DNA of 64,000 nt from an uncultured Eubacteriales bacterium (GCA_958352815.1 CATWQA010000002.1:21832-85831); one strand, 5' to 3'. Positions 8,301 to 18,454 are shown, counted from the first letter of the stretch. Made by a program: numbers and translations. Notes: generated by a model not told the origin, from the sequence alone.

Positions 8301-11300
8301 ATGTATCGCAAGGTATCAACCGACCTTTCCTTTGTGGACAGAGAAAAGGAAATCGTTGATTTTTGGAAGAAAAACGATATATTTAAAAAGAGCATCAAGA
8401 ACCGTGAGGGAGCTGAAATATTCACTTTCTTTGACGGTCCGCCCACAGCCAACGGAAAGCCCCATATAGGTCACGTTTTGACCCGTGCCATTAAGGACTT
8501 AATTCCCAGATACCGCACCATGAAGGGCTACCTTGTTGAGCGCAAGGCAGGCTGGGACACCCACGGCCTTCCTGTTGAGCTTGAGGTTGAAAAGAGCCTT
8601 GGCATAAGCGGCAAGCCCCAGATTGAAGAATACGGCGTTGAGGACTTTATCAAAAAGTGTAAGGACAGCGTTTTTGTTTACCAGAGCGACTGGGAGGAAA
8701 TGAGCGACCGCGTCGGCTTCTGGGCTGACATGGATAATCCTTACGTAACCTACCACAACGATTATATTGAGTCGGTTTGGTGGGCGCTGAAGCAGATTTG
8801 GGAAAAGGGTCTGCTTTATAAGGGGCACAAGATTATGCCCTACTGCCCCCGCTGCGGAACGGCTCTGTCCAGCCACGAGGTTGCCCAGGGATATAAGGAC
8901 GTTAAAGAGAACTCTATCATAATCAAATTTAAGATTAAGGACGCTCCCGAGGGCGAGTACTTCCTGGCATGGACAACAACGCCCTGGACGCTGCCCTCAA
9001 ACTGCGGTCTCTGCGTTAACCCCCATGAAACATATGCAAAGGTTCAGCTGGGCGATGAGAAGTACATTCTGGCAAAGGCACTTGTCGAGAAGGTTCTCCC
9101 TAAGGACAGCGAGTACACAATCCTTGAGGAATACGTTGGAACCGACCTGGTTGGTATGCACTACGAGCCCCTTTACAGCTATGCAAAGTTCGAGGGCGAC
9201 GGTTACAGAGTTGTTGCAGACAACTATGTTACCATGGAGGACGGTACCGGTATCGTTCATATTGCTCTCGCCTTCGGTGAAGACGACAACAGAGTCGGTG
9301 TTGAAAATGACCTGCCCTTTATCAACCTGGTGAATACCCAGGGCAAGTTTGTGGAGGGCACAGGAGTTCTGGAGGGCTTGTTTGTTAAGGACGCGGACAA
9401 GGTGATTATCCGCGACCTTAAAGAGAGAAACCTGGCATATGCCGTTATCCCCTTTGAGCACAGCTACCCCTTCTGCTGGAGATGCGACACGCCTCTGCTC
9501 TACTACGCTTGCGATACATGGTTTATAAAGATGACAGCCGTTCGGGATAAGCTGCTGAAAAACAACGAGACTGTAAACTGGCTTCCCGACAACATAAAGC
9601 ACGGCAGATTCGGCAACTTCCTTGAGAACATTATCGACTGGGGTCTCTCCCGTTCCAGATACTGGGGAACGCCTCTACCTATTTGGGAGTGCTCCTGCGG
9701 TCATAAGCACGTTGTGGGCTCTGTTCAGGAGCTCAAGGAAATGGGCATCAACTGCCCCGATGATATTGAGCTGCACAAGCCCTACGTGGACGAGGTTAAG
9801 CTGAGATGCCCCGAATGCGGCGGCGAGATGCAGAGAGTTCCCGAGGTTATAGACTGCTGGTTCGATTCGGGCTCCATGCCCTTTGCACAGCTCCACTATC
9901 CCTTTGAAAATAAGGAACAGTTTGAGAAGCATTTCCCGGCTGACTTTATCAGTGAAGCTATCGACCAGACAAGAGGCTGGTTCTACACCCTTATGGCTAT
10001 ATCCACCCTGTTGTTTGACGAGTCGCCGTACAAGAACGTTATCGTTATGGGACACGTTCAGGACGAGCACGGCAAGAAGATGAGCAAGCACTTGGGCAAC
10101 GTTATTGCGCCTATGGATATTCTGAACGACCAGGGGGCGGACGCTGTTCGCTGGTATTTCTACTCCAACTCAGCGCCCTGGCTGCCCAACCGCTTCTCGG
10201 CTAAAAACGTGTCCGAGTCCCAGCGCAAGTTCCTGGGTACTCTCTGGAACACCTATGCGTTCTACGTACTGTATGCTAATATAGATAACTTTAACCCCAC
10301 AGAGCATACTTTGGACGTTGACTCCCTGTCGGTTATGGATAAGTGGATTTTGTCAAAGCTCAACGGAGTTATTAAGGAGGTTGACGACAACCTGTTTAAC
10401 TACAAGATTGTTGAAGCAACCCGCGCAATCAGTGAGTTTACCGATGAGTTGTCCAACTGGTACGTTCGCAGAAGCCGCGAACGTTTCTGGGCAAGCGAAC
10501 TGTCGCAAGACAAGATTAATGCGTACATGACCCTTTACACCGTGCTGGTTGAGTTCTCAAAGGTATGCGCACCCTTTATTCCATTTATGACCGAGCAGAT
10601 TTATCAGAACCTGGTGCTCTCGGTTGACAAGGATGCAAAGGAAAGCGTTCACATCTGCGACTATCCCGCAGTTCGTGAGGAGTTCTCGTTCCCCGAGATT
10701 GAAAAGGATATGGACGCTGTGAGAAAGATTGTTATAATGGGCAGAGCCTGCAGAAACGAGGCCAACATCAAGAACAGACAGCCTCTGCAAAAGCTGTACG
10801 TTCAGACCGAAACAGAGATTAACCCGAGCTACATCTATATCATTCTTGACGAGCTGAACATCAAGGAGGTTGAGTTTGTTGAGGACGCCAGCGGGTTCAT
10901 CGCATATAAGTTCAAGCCCCAGATGAGAACCATGGGTCCCAAATACGGAAAGCTCATGCGTCCCATATTTGACGAGGTGGCAAAGCTGGACGGCAAGGAG
11001 GTTATGGCGGTTCTCAATTCGGGAGAGCCCTTAAAGCTCACAGTTCAGGACGTGGACGTTGAAATCACAAAGGACGATGTTCTCATTGAAACAGAGCAGA
11101 TGAACGGCCTGGTTTCAAACGACGACGGCGGATTTACGGTTATTCTGGACACCAACCTGACAGACGAGCTTAAAGACGAAGGCTTTTTGCGTGAGATTAT
11201 CAGCAAAATCCAGACTATGCGTAAGGACGCAGACTTTGAGGTTCAGGACAGAATTAATATTAAATTCTCTGCAAACGACAAAATAAAGAGCATATTTACG

Positions 11301-11423
11301 AAGTTCGACGGCGAGATTAAGCAGCAGACTCTTGCGGACACTGTTGAAAACACAGCAGATACCGAGGGCAAGGAATGGAACATTAACGGCGAAAAGGTTG
11401 TTATCGCCGTTGCAAAGGCTTAG
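8301..11423 (+). CDS. ileS: Isoleucine--tRNA ligase (long, type-2-like form)
   Basis: 1040 aa with a HIGH-type motif (PHIGHVLTR), KMSKHLGN, and a zinc-binding CP...C cluster. Confidence 0.95.
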   Translation: MYRKVSTDLSFVDREKEIVDFWKKNDIFKKSIKNREGAEIFTFFDGPPTANGKPHIGHVLTRAIKDLIPRYRTMKGYLVERKAGWDTHGLPVELEVEKSLGISGKPQIEEYGVEDFIKKCKDSVFVYQSDWEEMSDRVGFWADMDNPYVTYHNDYIESVWWALKQIWEKGLLYKGHKIMPYCPRCGTALSSHEVAQGYKDVKENSIIIKFKIKDAPEGEYFLAWTTTPWTLPSNCGLCVNPHETYAKVQLGDEKYILAKALVEKVLPKDSEYTILEEYVGTDLVGMHYEPLYSYAKFEGDGYRVVADNYVTMEDGTGIVHIALAFGEDDNRVGVENDLPFINLVNTQGKFVEGTGVLEGLFVKDADKVIIRDLKERNLAYAVIPFEHSYPFCWRCDTPLLYYACDTWFIKMTAVRDKLLKNNETVNWLPDNIKHGRFGNFLENIIDWGLSRSRYWGTPLPIWECSCGHKHVVGSVQELKEMGINCPDDIELHKPYVDEVKLRCPECGGEMQRVPEVIDCWFDSGSMPFAQLHYPFENKEQFEKHFPADFISEAIDQTRGWFYTLMAISTLLFDESPYKNVIVMGHVQDEHGKKMSKHLGNVIAPMDILNDQGADAVRWYFYSNSAPWLPNRFSAKNVSESQRKFLGTLWNTYAFYVLYANIDNFNPTEHTLDVDSLSVMDKWILSKLNGVIKEVDDNLFNYKIVEATRAISEFTDELSNWYVRRSRERFWASELSQDKINAYMTLYTVLVEFSKVCAPFIPFMTEQIYQNLVLSVDKDAKESVHICDYPAVREEFSFPEIEKDMDAVRKIVIMGRACRNEANIKNRQPLQKLYVQTETEINPSYIYIILDELNIKEVEFVEDASGFIAYKFKPQMRTMGPKYGKLMRPIFDEVAKLDGKEVMAVLNSGEPLKLTVQDVDVEITKDDVLIETEQMNGLVSNDDGGFTVILDTNLTDELKDEGFLREIISKIQTMRKDADFEVQDRINIKFSANDKIKSIFTKFDGEIKQQTLADTVENTADTEGKEWNINGEKVVIAVAKA

Positions 11424-11434
11424 TATAGCGCAGT

Positions 11435-11472
11435 GACCAAGGGGGAACAATCCCCTTGGTCTTTATTTTTTT
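11435..11472 (+). terminator. Rho-independent terminator after ileS
   Basis: GACCAAGGGGG-aacaa-TCCCCTTGGTC followed by TTTATTTTTTT. Confidence 0.8.
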
Positions 11473-11489
11473 AGGAAAGAGGTTTGATT

Positions 11490-12263
11490 ATGGCACAAAA
11501 GGCATTGATTACCGGGGCAAGCTCCGGCATAGGCAGGGATATGGCAGGAGTTTTGAGCGATATGGGCTACGAGGTGATTTTGGCAGCCCGCAGCACAGAT
11601 AAGCTGCAAGAGTTAGCAGAGAGCCTTAAAACAAAGGCATATGTTATCACTGCCGACCTGTCGGACAGAAACGCATGCCTTGATTTATACAACAAGACCA
11701 TGGAAATCTGCTACGACGGCAGTCTTGAAGTTGTTATCAACAATGCGGGGTTTGGGCTTTTCGGTGAGTTCTCTCAAACGGATATGAATACAGAGCTAAA
11801 AATGATTGATACCAATGTTGTGGCTCTGCAAATTTTGATGAAGCTGTTTCTGAAAGAATTTATAAAGAAAAACTCAGGGTACATTCTTAATGTAGCCTCC
11901 TCCGCCGCCTTTATGCCGGGGCCGCTGATGTCGGTGTACTACTCCACAAAGGCGTATGTAATGCGGCTGACACAGGCTGTTGACAGGGAGCTTAAAAACA
12001 AGAAGTCAAGAGTATATGCGGGGGTTCTCTGCCCGGGGCCTGTTGACACCAACTTTAACAACACTGCCAACGTGCAGTTTGCCCTAAAAGGATTGAGCAG
12101 TCCTTATGTTGCAGAGTACGGAATTAAAAAGATGTTTAAGAGAAAGACGGTTATTATCCCCGGCATATCAATGAAGCTGGGCAAGTTTGGGCTTAGGCCT
12201 ATTCCCGACCGCCTGATAACTAAGATTGCATATAATATACAACACAAAAAGGGCGGGGAGTAG
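11490..12263 (+). CDS. SDR-family short-chain dehydrogenase/reductase
   Basis: TGASSGIGR cofactor motif, NNAG, and YxxxK (YSTKAY). ATG 11490 is preferred because GAGG lies 7 nt upstream. Confidence 0.85.
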   Translation: MAQKALITGASSGIGRDMAGVLSDMGYEVILAARSTDKLQELAESLKTKAYVITADLSDRNACLDLYNKTMEICYDGSLEVVINNAGFGLFGEFSQTDMNTELKMIDTNVVALQILMKLFLKEFIKKNSGYILNVASSAAFMPGPLMSVYYSTKAYVMRLTQAVDRELKNKKSRVYAGVLCPGPVDTNFNNTANVQFALKGLSSPYVAEYGIKKMFKRKTVIIPGISMKLGKFGLRPIPDRLITKIAYNIQHKKGGE

Positions 12264-12277
12264 TTTGAAAATTAACC

Positions 12278-12335
12278 TGTCGCCCGCCCTGTCGCGTTTG
12301 CCGCCCTCCTCCCCAAACGCACAGTGCGGGCACAC
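12278..12335 (+). repeat. Module G copy 1
   Basis: ctgtcGCCCGCcctgtcGCGTTTGccgccctcctccCCAAACGCacagtGCGGGCacac. Confidence 0.7.
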
Positions 12336-12467
12336 TTTTATTAAAATAGACAATTATATATAAAGTTTTAACATTTACACAGTAGCACGGAAAGTAAATT
12401 TATTATATACAAAATCTACCCCATCTTCTATCATTGCGTATAATAATTCCGCATAATCTTCTGCAGC

Positions 12468-12501
12468 AAAAAAGGATGTGTCCGCGCGGACACATCCTTT
12501 T
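12468..12501 (-). terminator. Bidirectional-looking terminator downstream of the SLH gene
   Basis: AAAAAAGGATGTGTCCG-cg-CGGACACATCCTTTT with A/T runs on both sides. Confidence 0.75.
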
Positions 12502-12513
12502 ATTATGCTTTAA

Positions 12514-14637
12514 TTACTCGCCGATAAGGCTTGAGAATGACTGTGCAACTCTCATGATTACTGTTGCAACCTCGGCTCTCGTTGTGTTATCCTGAGGTGC
12601 GAAGTAACCATCGCCAACACCTGACATCAGACCAACTGATGCGCAGAAGTTTACGTAAGGAACTGCATACTCTGAAATCTGGTCTGCGTCAACATAACCT
12701 GCCTGTGCAGCGCCTGAGATTTCCATACCCTTATATGCTGCGTAACGACCCATCAAAGCCGCAATCTGCTCACGGAGGATTACCTGGTCGGGAGCGTACT
12801 CTGTCTCAGAGTAACCTGTTACGATACCGTTTGCGCTTCCCCATGCAACTGCATTTGCATAGTACTCATCTGTGGGAACGTCTGTAAATGTGTAACCTGT
12901 GTTTACAGCGGGCTGACCCTCAAGTCTGTAAAGAACTGTTACGAACATACCACGTGTGATGTTCGTGTTAGGCTCAAATGTTGTAGCTGATGTACCGTTC
13001 ATCAAACCTGCATCGTATACATACTTAACTGCGTCATAGAACCAGTCTGTTGTTGCAACATCTGTGAACCACTCAGAACCGGGTGCTGCTGTAGCACTGG
13101 GAGCAGGTGTAGCTGATGTACCGGGTGCGGGTGTAGCTGTTGCACCTGTGCCCCAGCTTCCGCCGCCGCCACCACCGCCGCCACCGCCGGAATTACCGGT
13201 TCTGGGGAAGGTGTATGAGAATGTAGCTGTCTTGCCATCCTCGCTGACGCTTACCGATGTAGCTGCCATGCCGTTTACATATGCAGCAGGCGCTGCCGCA
13301 AACGAAGCACTGTCGTTAGCTGTTGCTGTAACGGTTGCTGTATAAACTGTGCTGTACGCATATGTTGAGCTTACAGCAGGACTCCATGAAATCTCGCCCA
13401 GCGTGTACTTTGCGCCTGCGGGAGCTGTTGCAGTCTTTGTTACAGCCTGTCTTGCAACAGGAGCAACTATTGCCGCACTAACTTCGTTCGCTACGTATGA
13501 TGTAAGAGCCTCTGTCTTAACGGGAACGTTCTCATAAATAATTGTGATTGTGTTGCCGTCAGGTGAAAGCTTTGCTGTGAAAGCGTCCTTATTATCATCA
13601 TAAGCAACCTTTTCTCCGTTAACGTCTATAACGAGACCTGAAAGGTCAATTTCCTCACCCTCAGTGTAAGACAGATTAGGCTGTGTCTCGATTGTATATG
13701 TGATTTCCTCAGCAGGAGCTGCAATTGTCTTAACAGTCGCTGTTGAGTCGCTGTTCACAACAACACCCAGATCTGAAGCAACATAGTCAACAACCGTATT
13801 ATCTGCTGTTACGGCAACAATTTCATATACACCTGCGGGAGCCGCACCTACGAACTCATCGCCCGATCTAACGAGAACTACCATATCCTCTGTCTCAACG
13901 TTATAGAGAACAATTTCCTGTACATCGGATGTAGCTGAAACCGCTACCTGATATGTAACAACAGAATCGTCCGTTACGTTAACAGCGATTGAAATCTCAT
14001 CTGTCTGTGTGCCGGCAGCACGCGACTGAATTTCAACAGTCAGAGTCTTCTCGCCTACTGTTGTCGTTGTAGCACCGGCAACGCCGCCGAAAACGCCGTA
14101 TGTTCCGCCTGCTGTAACTTTTACGCCGTCACAGGCAAGTGTGAAGTCGGGCAGATATTTATCAATATTATCATAAAGTTCCTTTGCATTTACAGAGGTT
14201 GAGATAACAATTGTAACAACATTGTTCTCAACTGTTCTTGACTCCTCCGTAAAGATACCCTGCGTATTAGCCGAGAAGCCAACCAGCTTTCCTGCCTCAA
14301 GGAACGCCTGAGGAATTTCCATGCCCTCAGCAAACTCAACCTTAACCTCAAAGGAACCGGTTACTGTAGCGGCCTCAATTGCATCAGCCATACCCAGAAG
14401 ACTAAAGTTATTATATGCTCTGTCATAATATGACTTATATGCTTCACGGGCATTGCTCATGTCCAGTGTTGCAAGGTAGTCAACTTCATCGCCAACCTTT
14501 GCGTCCACCCAATCGCTTACGTACTCATCATCGCCAACACGACCCTGCAGGTCTCCGTCCACATAAACGGGAGCTGCGAAAACGGCCGTTTGGAAAATCA
14601 TCAGCGCAGCGACAAGAACGCCAATAAATTTTTTCAT
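12514..14637 (-). CDS. Secreted cell-surface protein with three C-terminal SLH domains
   Basis: Signal peptide MKKFIGVLVAALMIFQTAVFA. A Gly10 and Pro/Ala/Thr linker precedes three SLH repeats (FTDV...W/YYxxAVxxxxxxGxxxG). Confidence 0.85.
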   Translation of the reverse strand: MKKFIGVLVAALMIFQTAVFAAPVYVDGDLQGRVGDDEYVSDWVDAKVGDEVDYLATLDMSNAREAYKSYYDRAYNNFSLLGMADAIEAATVTGSFEVKVEFAEGMEIPQAFLEAGKLVGFSANTQGIFTEESRTVENNVVTIVISTSVNAKELYDNIDKYLPDFTLACDGVKVTAGGTYGVFGGVAGATTTTVGEKTLTVEIQSRAAGTQTDEISIAVNVTDDSVVTYQVAVSATSDVQEIVLYNVETEDMVVLVRSGDEFVGAAPAGVYEIVAVTADNTVVDYVASDLGVVVNSDSTATVKTIAAPAEEITYTIETQPNLSYTEGEEIDLSGLVIDVNGEKVAYDDNKDAFTAKLSPDGNTITIIYENVPVKTEALTSYVANEVSAAIVAPVARQAVTKTATAPAGAKYTLGEISWSPAVSSTYAYSTVYTATVTATANDSASFAAAPAAYVNGMAATSVSVSEDGKTATFSYTFPRTGNSGGGGGGGGGGSWGTGATATPAPGTSATPAPSATAAPGSEWFTDVATTDWFYDAVKYVYDAGLMNGTSATTFEPNTNITRGMFVTVLYRLEGQPAVNTGYTFTDVPTDEYYANAVAWGSANGIVTGYSETEYAPDQVILREQIAALMGRYAAYKGMEISGAAQAGYVDADQISEYAVPYVNFCASVGLMSGVGDGYFAPQDNTTRAEVATVIMRVAQSFSSLIGE

Positions 14638-14867
14638 TTTAAACCTCTCCTTATTTATATAATTTTATCTTTTTACAAATTAATAAATAGTTCTTTCAGC
14701 AGCAATTAACCACCAAAATGAATGAATTTAAAATACCAATCCCTATTTTTGACAGAATTTCAAATCCCACAAACTAATTATACCATTATTTTTTAATTTG
14801 TCAATAGCCTTTGTAACAAAATATAAAAAACATTTAATTATTTTTTAAACAAACAAAGCCAAAAAAC

Positions 14868-15716
14868 TTAGCTATATTTGGACAACAGCTCCGCCTTTTT
14901 AAGCTTCTTTTCCTCCTCATAGGAACTGCGGATTGTGTCCACAACAGACCTGTCTCCGCCGGTTCTGTTAATCTCCGCCTCAATTTCACTGAGCAGTGAG
15001 TTCATCTTCGCATCACAGCTGCTCTCCAAAGAGGATCCAAGCTCGGCATACTTTGTCATGAGCTCCATTTTCTTCGCGGTTGTACGCTCCGCGGCAGGCA
15101 GAGAGTTTACCTCTGCCAGACCCTGTGAAATCAGAGAGTCAATAGAGCTTGTATATTCTGATTTAAGCACATACACCTTCGCCAGAAGATTTGAGACGTT
15201 TGAGGATGAACCTGCGCTTGAATTGCCGCCTTGAGCGGAACTTGAACTTGCGTTCGAGCCTGAACCGGTGCTTGTCTCTGAGCTGCCATGCTGTGTCGGA
15301 GGCTCCGCTTCCGCATTACCCTGTCCGGAAGCTTCTTCATGGGGCTCCTCTGCCGGCTCTTCCGCCTCCGTCGAATCTGCCAAATCCTCAACAGTTTCCG
15401 CCGCGCCCGTTATAAGAGCAACAGCCTGCTCCTCGGTAATCTCCCCGTTTTGGAGCATTTCGCTTTCCTCCGCCGTCAACGGACGCATTTGCTGACCTGC
15501 AAACTGGCTTACTATCTCTTGTGTCTCAGCGTCGTGATCCTCTATCTTTTGGGCTATTTCATCTTTGGAATAGCTGCCCGCATATCTGAGAGCCTCTATA
15601 TTGCTTTTCTGTTTGTTCCAAACCACCGCTCCGATCACGCCCACGGCGATAACAATCACCAGAACAACTGTCAAAACAACAGGCCAAACTTTTCTTTTTC
15701 TCTTATATTGTCTCAT
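14868..15716 (-). CDS. Hypothetical membrane-anchored protein with acidic and Ser-rich low-complexity regions
   Basis: I prefer ATG 15714-15716 (GGAGG upstream), giving MRQYKRKRKVWPVVLTVVLVIVIAV... A single N-terminal TM is followed by an E/A-rich region, an S/G-rich region, then a helical C-terminus. Confidence 0.6.
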   Translation of the reverse strand: MRQYKRKRKVWPVVLTVVLVIVIAVGVIGAVVWNKQKSNIEALRYAGSYSKDEIAQKIEDHDAETQEIVSQFAGQQMRPLTAEESEMLQNGEITEEQAVALITGAAETVEDLADSTEAEEPAEEPHEEASGQGNAEAEPPTQHGSSETSTGSGSNASSSSAQGGNSSAGSSSNVSNLLAKVYVLKSEYTSSIDSLISQGLAEVNSLPAAERTTAKKMELMTKYAELGSSLESSCDAKMNSLLSEIEAEINRTGGDRSVVDTIRSSYEEEKKLKKAELLSKYS

Positions 15717-15726
15717 ATTTACCTCC

Positions 15727-16188
15727 TCAACAGAGCCGTTTTGTTTCCTTTTTCTTCCTAACAATTATAATTAGATATATTATCAAGCCCGCCAGGGCAA
15801 CGCCTGTGACGAAGCCGACTGTGTCAATAAGCACGTCTCTTACGGCGGAACCCCGATTTGTAAAAATCTGAATTGTTTCATCGCAGACCGCCACCGTTAT
15901 TCCCGACAACACTATCGCTCCAATCCGCTTATAGCTTTTCTTTCCGAAGCGGGCGGTTATCAGCACACCCAAAACCATAAACTCAAAGGCATGAGCAAAC
16001 TTCCTGAGTAGGTGCTCCCCGCCATCCTGAGGCAGCTCATCACGGCCAAAGCTAAAAAGCCTGCCCAGCAGGTCATACACAAAGTTGCTGAACTCATGAG
16101 ACTTATCAGGGTTCATCATAGAGTTTCCCCATATGAAACCTATATTTAATACAATAAGCAAAATCAGCCAATTCTTCTTATTTTTCAC
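15727..16188 (-). CDS. VanZ-family membrane protein
   Basis: 153 aa with about four TM segments. LRKFAHAFEFMVLGVL and DETIQ...RGSAVRDVLIDTVG are typical of VanZ-like proteins. Confidence 0.7.
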   Translation of the reverse strand: MKNKKNWLILLIVLNIGFIWGNSMMNPDKSHEFSNFVYDLLGRLFSFGRDELPQDGGEHLLRKFAHAFEFMVLGVLITARFGKKSYKRIGAIVLSGITVAVCDETIQIFTNRGSAVRDVLIDTVGFVTGVALAGLIIYLIIIVRKKKETKRLC

Positions 16189-16201
16189 AGCTAAAATACC
16201 T

Positions 16202-16900
16202 CTACACTATGTTCAGGATTTGGGCTCCGTTTTTTTCAAACAGCTCATCTGTTACGCCGGCATCAAACTTGCGCCGGGATTTTTCCCGAGCCTCTCCCAT
16301 ATTGCAAGGTCGGGTGGTCATATTGTGCATATCACTTGACACAACAAACCGCCTGTCATAGGTCAGCAGCCGCTTTACAGCCCGCCTGCCCCCAAAGGAC
16401 AAGAAATTTTCGGCATTTATCTGAAAAACTATGTCAAGTTCAAATATTTCAAGCTCTTCTACCGCCTTTTGGTCGTACCTGTCCACGTGAGCCAGAATAG
16501 GCTTCAGACCGACTGTGGTCAGGTTATACAGCCACTCGGCAACATTGGAATTTATAATCCCCCGGGGAAACTCCACCAGAATACAGTCGCTCCCCTCTAT
16601 ACACAGCCGCCCGATGTCCTTAAAATTCTTCAGGTCGCCGTTTAGGTAAACCTCAGCGCCCTGATATATTATCGGGATATGACGGAAGCCGTCTATGTAC
16701 GCCGCAAAAGTCTCATAAGCGGCCTGCCTCCTTTTCAGAAATTCATCTATATCCTCATTACACTTAAGGACGCAGTGCGGAGTTGCCGCGCAATGGGTCA
16801 CTCCCTGACTATAGGCGCTTTTCATCATTTCCACCGCTTCCTCTACACTTTTTGCCCCGTCGTCAATACCGGGCAGAAAATGAGTATGAAGATCAATCAT
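16202..16900 (-). CDS. PHP-family protein-tyrosine phosphatase (CpsB/YwqE type)
   Basis: The N-terminus MIDLHTHFLPGIDDGA, then ATPH and a later H/D motif (HVDRY). Confidence 0.85.
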   Translation of the reverse strand: MIDLHTHFLPGIDDGAKSVEEAVEMMKSAYSQGVTHCAATPHCVLKCNEDIDEFLKRRQAAYETFAAYIDGFRHIPIIYQGAEVYLNGDLKNFKDIGRLCIEGSDCILVEFPRGIINSNVAEWLYNLTTVGLKPILAHVDRYDQKAVEELEIFELDIVFQINAENFLSFGGRRAVKRLLTYDRRFVVSSDMHNMTTRPCNMGEAREKSRRKFDAGVTDELFEKNGAQILNIV

Positions 16901-17643
16901 GACTTATCATCTTCTTTTTCGCCGTATCCGTACTCATAGCCATACTTATAGCTGCCGTAACCGGACTTTCCTTCACGCTCCATATCGTGAAGCATGACAA
17001 AGCCCAAAATTTTTATATCGGATTTTTTCAGGTTTTCCACCGCCGTATCAAGCACATCTGTGTTCGTAACGCCGTCTCTCACAACAACCACTACCCCGGT
17101 GGCTCTTTCGGAAACCAGAACCGCATCGGTCATAATCGAAACGGGAGGCGTGTCGATTATTATGTAGTCATACTGTCCTTCAAGCTCTCCCAGCATATTC
17201 TTAAACTCCTGAGACATAAGCAATTCCGTAGGATTGGTAGTTGCCTCTCCGGAGGTTATAACATCCACACCCTGATAGACGTTGCGCTTTATCGCCTTAT
17301 CAACTCCTGTAAAACCGCACAGCACGTTTGAAACACCCACGGATCTTTCAAGACTTAAATACCTGTGCACTCTTGGCTTTCTAAGGTCGCAATCCACCAA
17401 CAAAACCTTTGCCCCTATCTGAGAAAAGCTTACCGCCAGGTTTATGCTGGTGGTGGTCTTACCCTCTCCGGGAGCGGCGCTTGTCAGAACTATCTTCTTG
17501 GCTGCGTCCGACTTGGGCAGAGAGAACATTAGATTGGTTCTGAACGTATTATAGGACTCTACCGCCGCAAAGCGGGAACTGCCGCTGAGCAGCCTGTCCT
17601 TTTCATCTGCAACAACTTTTTTATTTTTTAACTTGCTTTTCAT
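16897..17643 (-). CDS. BY-kinase catalytic subunit (CpsD/CapB/YwqD type tyrosine kinase)
   Basis: Walker A GEGKTTTS, Walker A' VLLVDCDLRKP, Walker B IIIDTPP, and a C-terminal Tyr cluster GYGSYKYGYEYGYG. Confidence 0.88.
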   Translation of the reverse strand: MKSKLKNKKVVADEKDRLLSGSSRFAAVESYNTFRTNLMFSLPKSDAAKKIVLTSAAPGEGKTTTSINLAVSFSQIGAKVLLVDCDLRKPRVHRYLSLERSVGVSNVLCGFTGVDKAIKRNVYQGVDVITSGEATTNPTELLMSQEFKNMLGELEGQYDYIIIDTPPVSIMTDAVLVSERATGVVVVVRDGVTNTDVLDTAVENLKKSDIKILGFVMLHDMEREGKSGYGSYKYGYEYGYGEKEDDKS

Positions 17644-17675
17644 AAAAAACCTCTTAAAATATATTAATGACTAAA

Positions 17676-18371
17676 CTACTGAATAATATCTCCCAAAAAC
17701 GGGATTTCGTATCTATTTACCACCTCGTCCGACGAACGGACAGTCTTATCTAACATCTTGAGAATAAAGGCGATTACCGCTCCCAGAACAAAGCCCGCCA
17801 CGGCTCCGACAAGAGTTTTCTTATAAAGACCTCTTGAGTTTGGCAGTTCCGGATAAGAAGCCTCATCTATAATCTCAATGCTCCCGCTGGAAAATATTGT
17901 CCCCAGCTGCGACGGAGCCTTTTTGATAATCGCATCACAGATCTGATGGGCGTCCTCCGGATTATCCGCCGTGACAGTTATGGCAAGAAGCTCGGTCTCA
18001 TTCACCGAAGAGACCGAGGTCATAGCCCCGATTTCCTCCCAGGTGTACTTATCGCCTGTGCTGCGGCTGACATATTGCAAATAAGAACGGGTGTTAAGCA
18101 GCTCCGTACAGGTGGACGCCATTATTCTGGCAGAGTCCAAATCGCTGACGTCAACAGAGTATGTGCTGGAGATAGCCCCTTCCATATGATTGCTCACATA
18201 TAAAACACCGTCGGAGGTATACGTATCCACCGTGAAAAACATTGTATTTACAAACATCAGGGCAGCCGCGGCAAGAGTACACAGAGCAATAAGCCACTTG
18301 TGCGACCACAGCATATCCCATATTTCAAGCAAAGATATTTCGTTTTCGGTTACATTTCTATTTTCAACCAT
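17676..18371 (-). CDS. Wzz/CpsC/YwqC-type chain-length determinant and kinase transmembrane activator
   Basis: 231 aa. TM1 follows EISLLEIWDMLW, then an extracellular domain and a C-terminal TM. It sits directly upstream of the BY-kinase. Confidence 0.8.
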   Translation of the reverse strand: MVENRNVTENEISLLEIWDMLWSHKWLIALCTLAAAALMFVNTMFFTVDTYTSDGVLYVSNHMEGAISSTYSVDVSDLDSARIMASTCTELLNTRSYLQYVSRSTGDKYTWEEIGAMTSVSSVNETELLAITVTADNPEDAHQICDAIIKKAPSQLGTIFSSGSIEIIDEASYPELPNSRGLYKKTLVGAVAGFVLGAVIAFILKMLDKTVRSSDEVVNRYEIPFLGDIIQ

Positions 18372-18403
18372 TGTTCCATCTCCATCTCTTTAATATGTAA
18401 AAT

Positions 18404-18432
18404 ATATTATCACATTTAGTCTATGGTGTCAA
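18404..18432 (-). promoter_or_regulatory. Sigma-A type promoter for the wzz / BY-kinase / phosphatase operon
   Basis: On the minus strand: TTGACA (18427-18432), 17 nt, TAATAT (18404-18409). Confidence 0.5.
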
Positions 18433-18454
18433 CATACAACATTTTTTTCTGTAC

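Noticed and set aside
13160-13195. The poly-Gly coding tract could be a phase-variation switch.
   Set aside because: It is not a homopolymer at the DNA level (mixed GGC/GGT/GGA codons). Any slippage would be in triplet units and stay in frame.
16202-18371. This region could be a capsule/EPS biosynthesis locus.
   Set aside because: Only the regulatory triad (Wzz-like, BY-kinase, phosphatase) is present. No glycosyltransferase, flippase or polymerase follows, so I annotate a signalling module rather than a cps locus.
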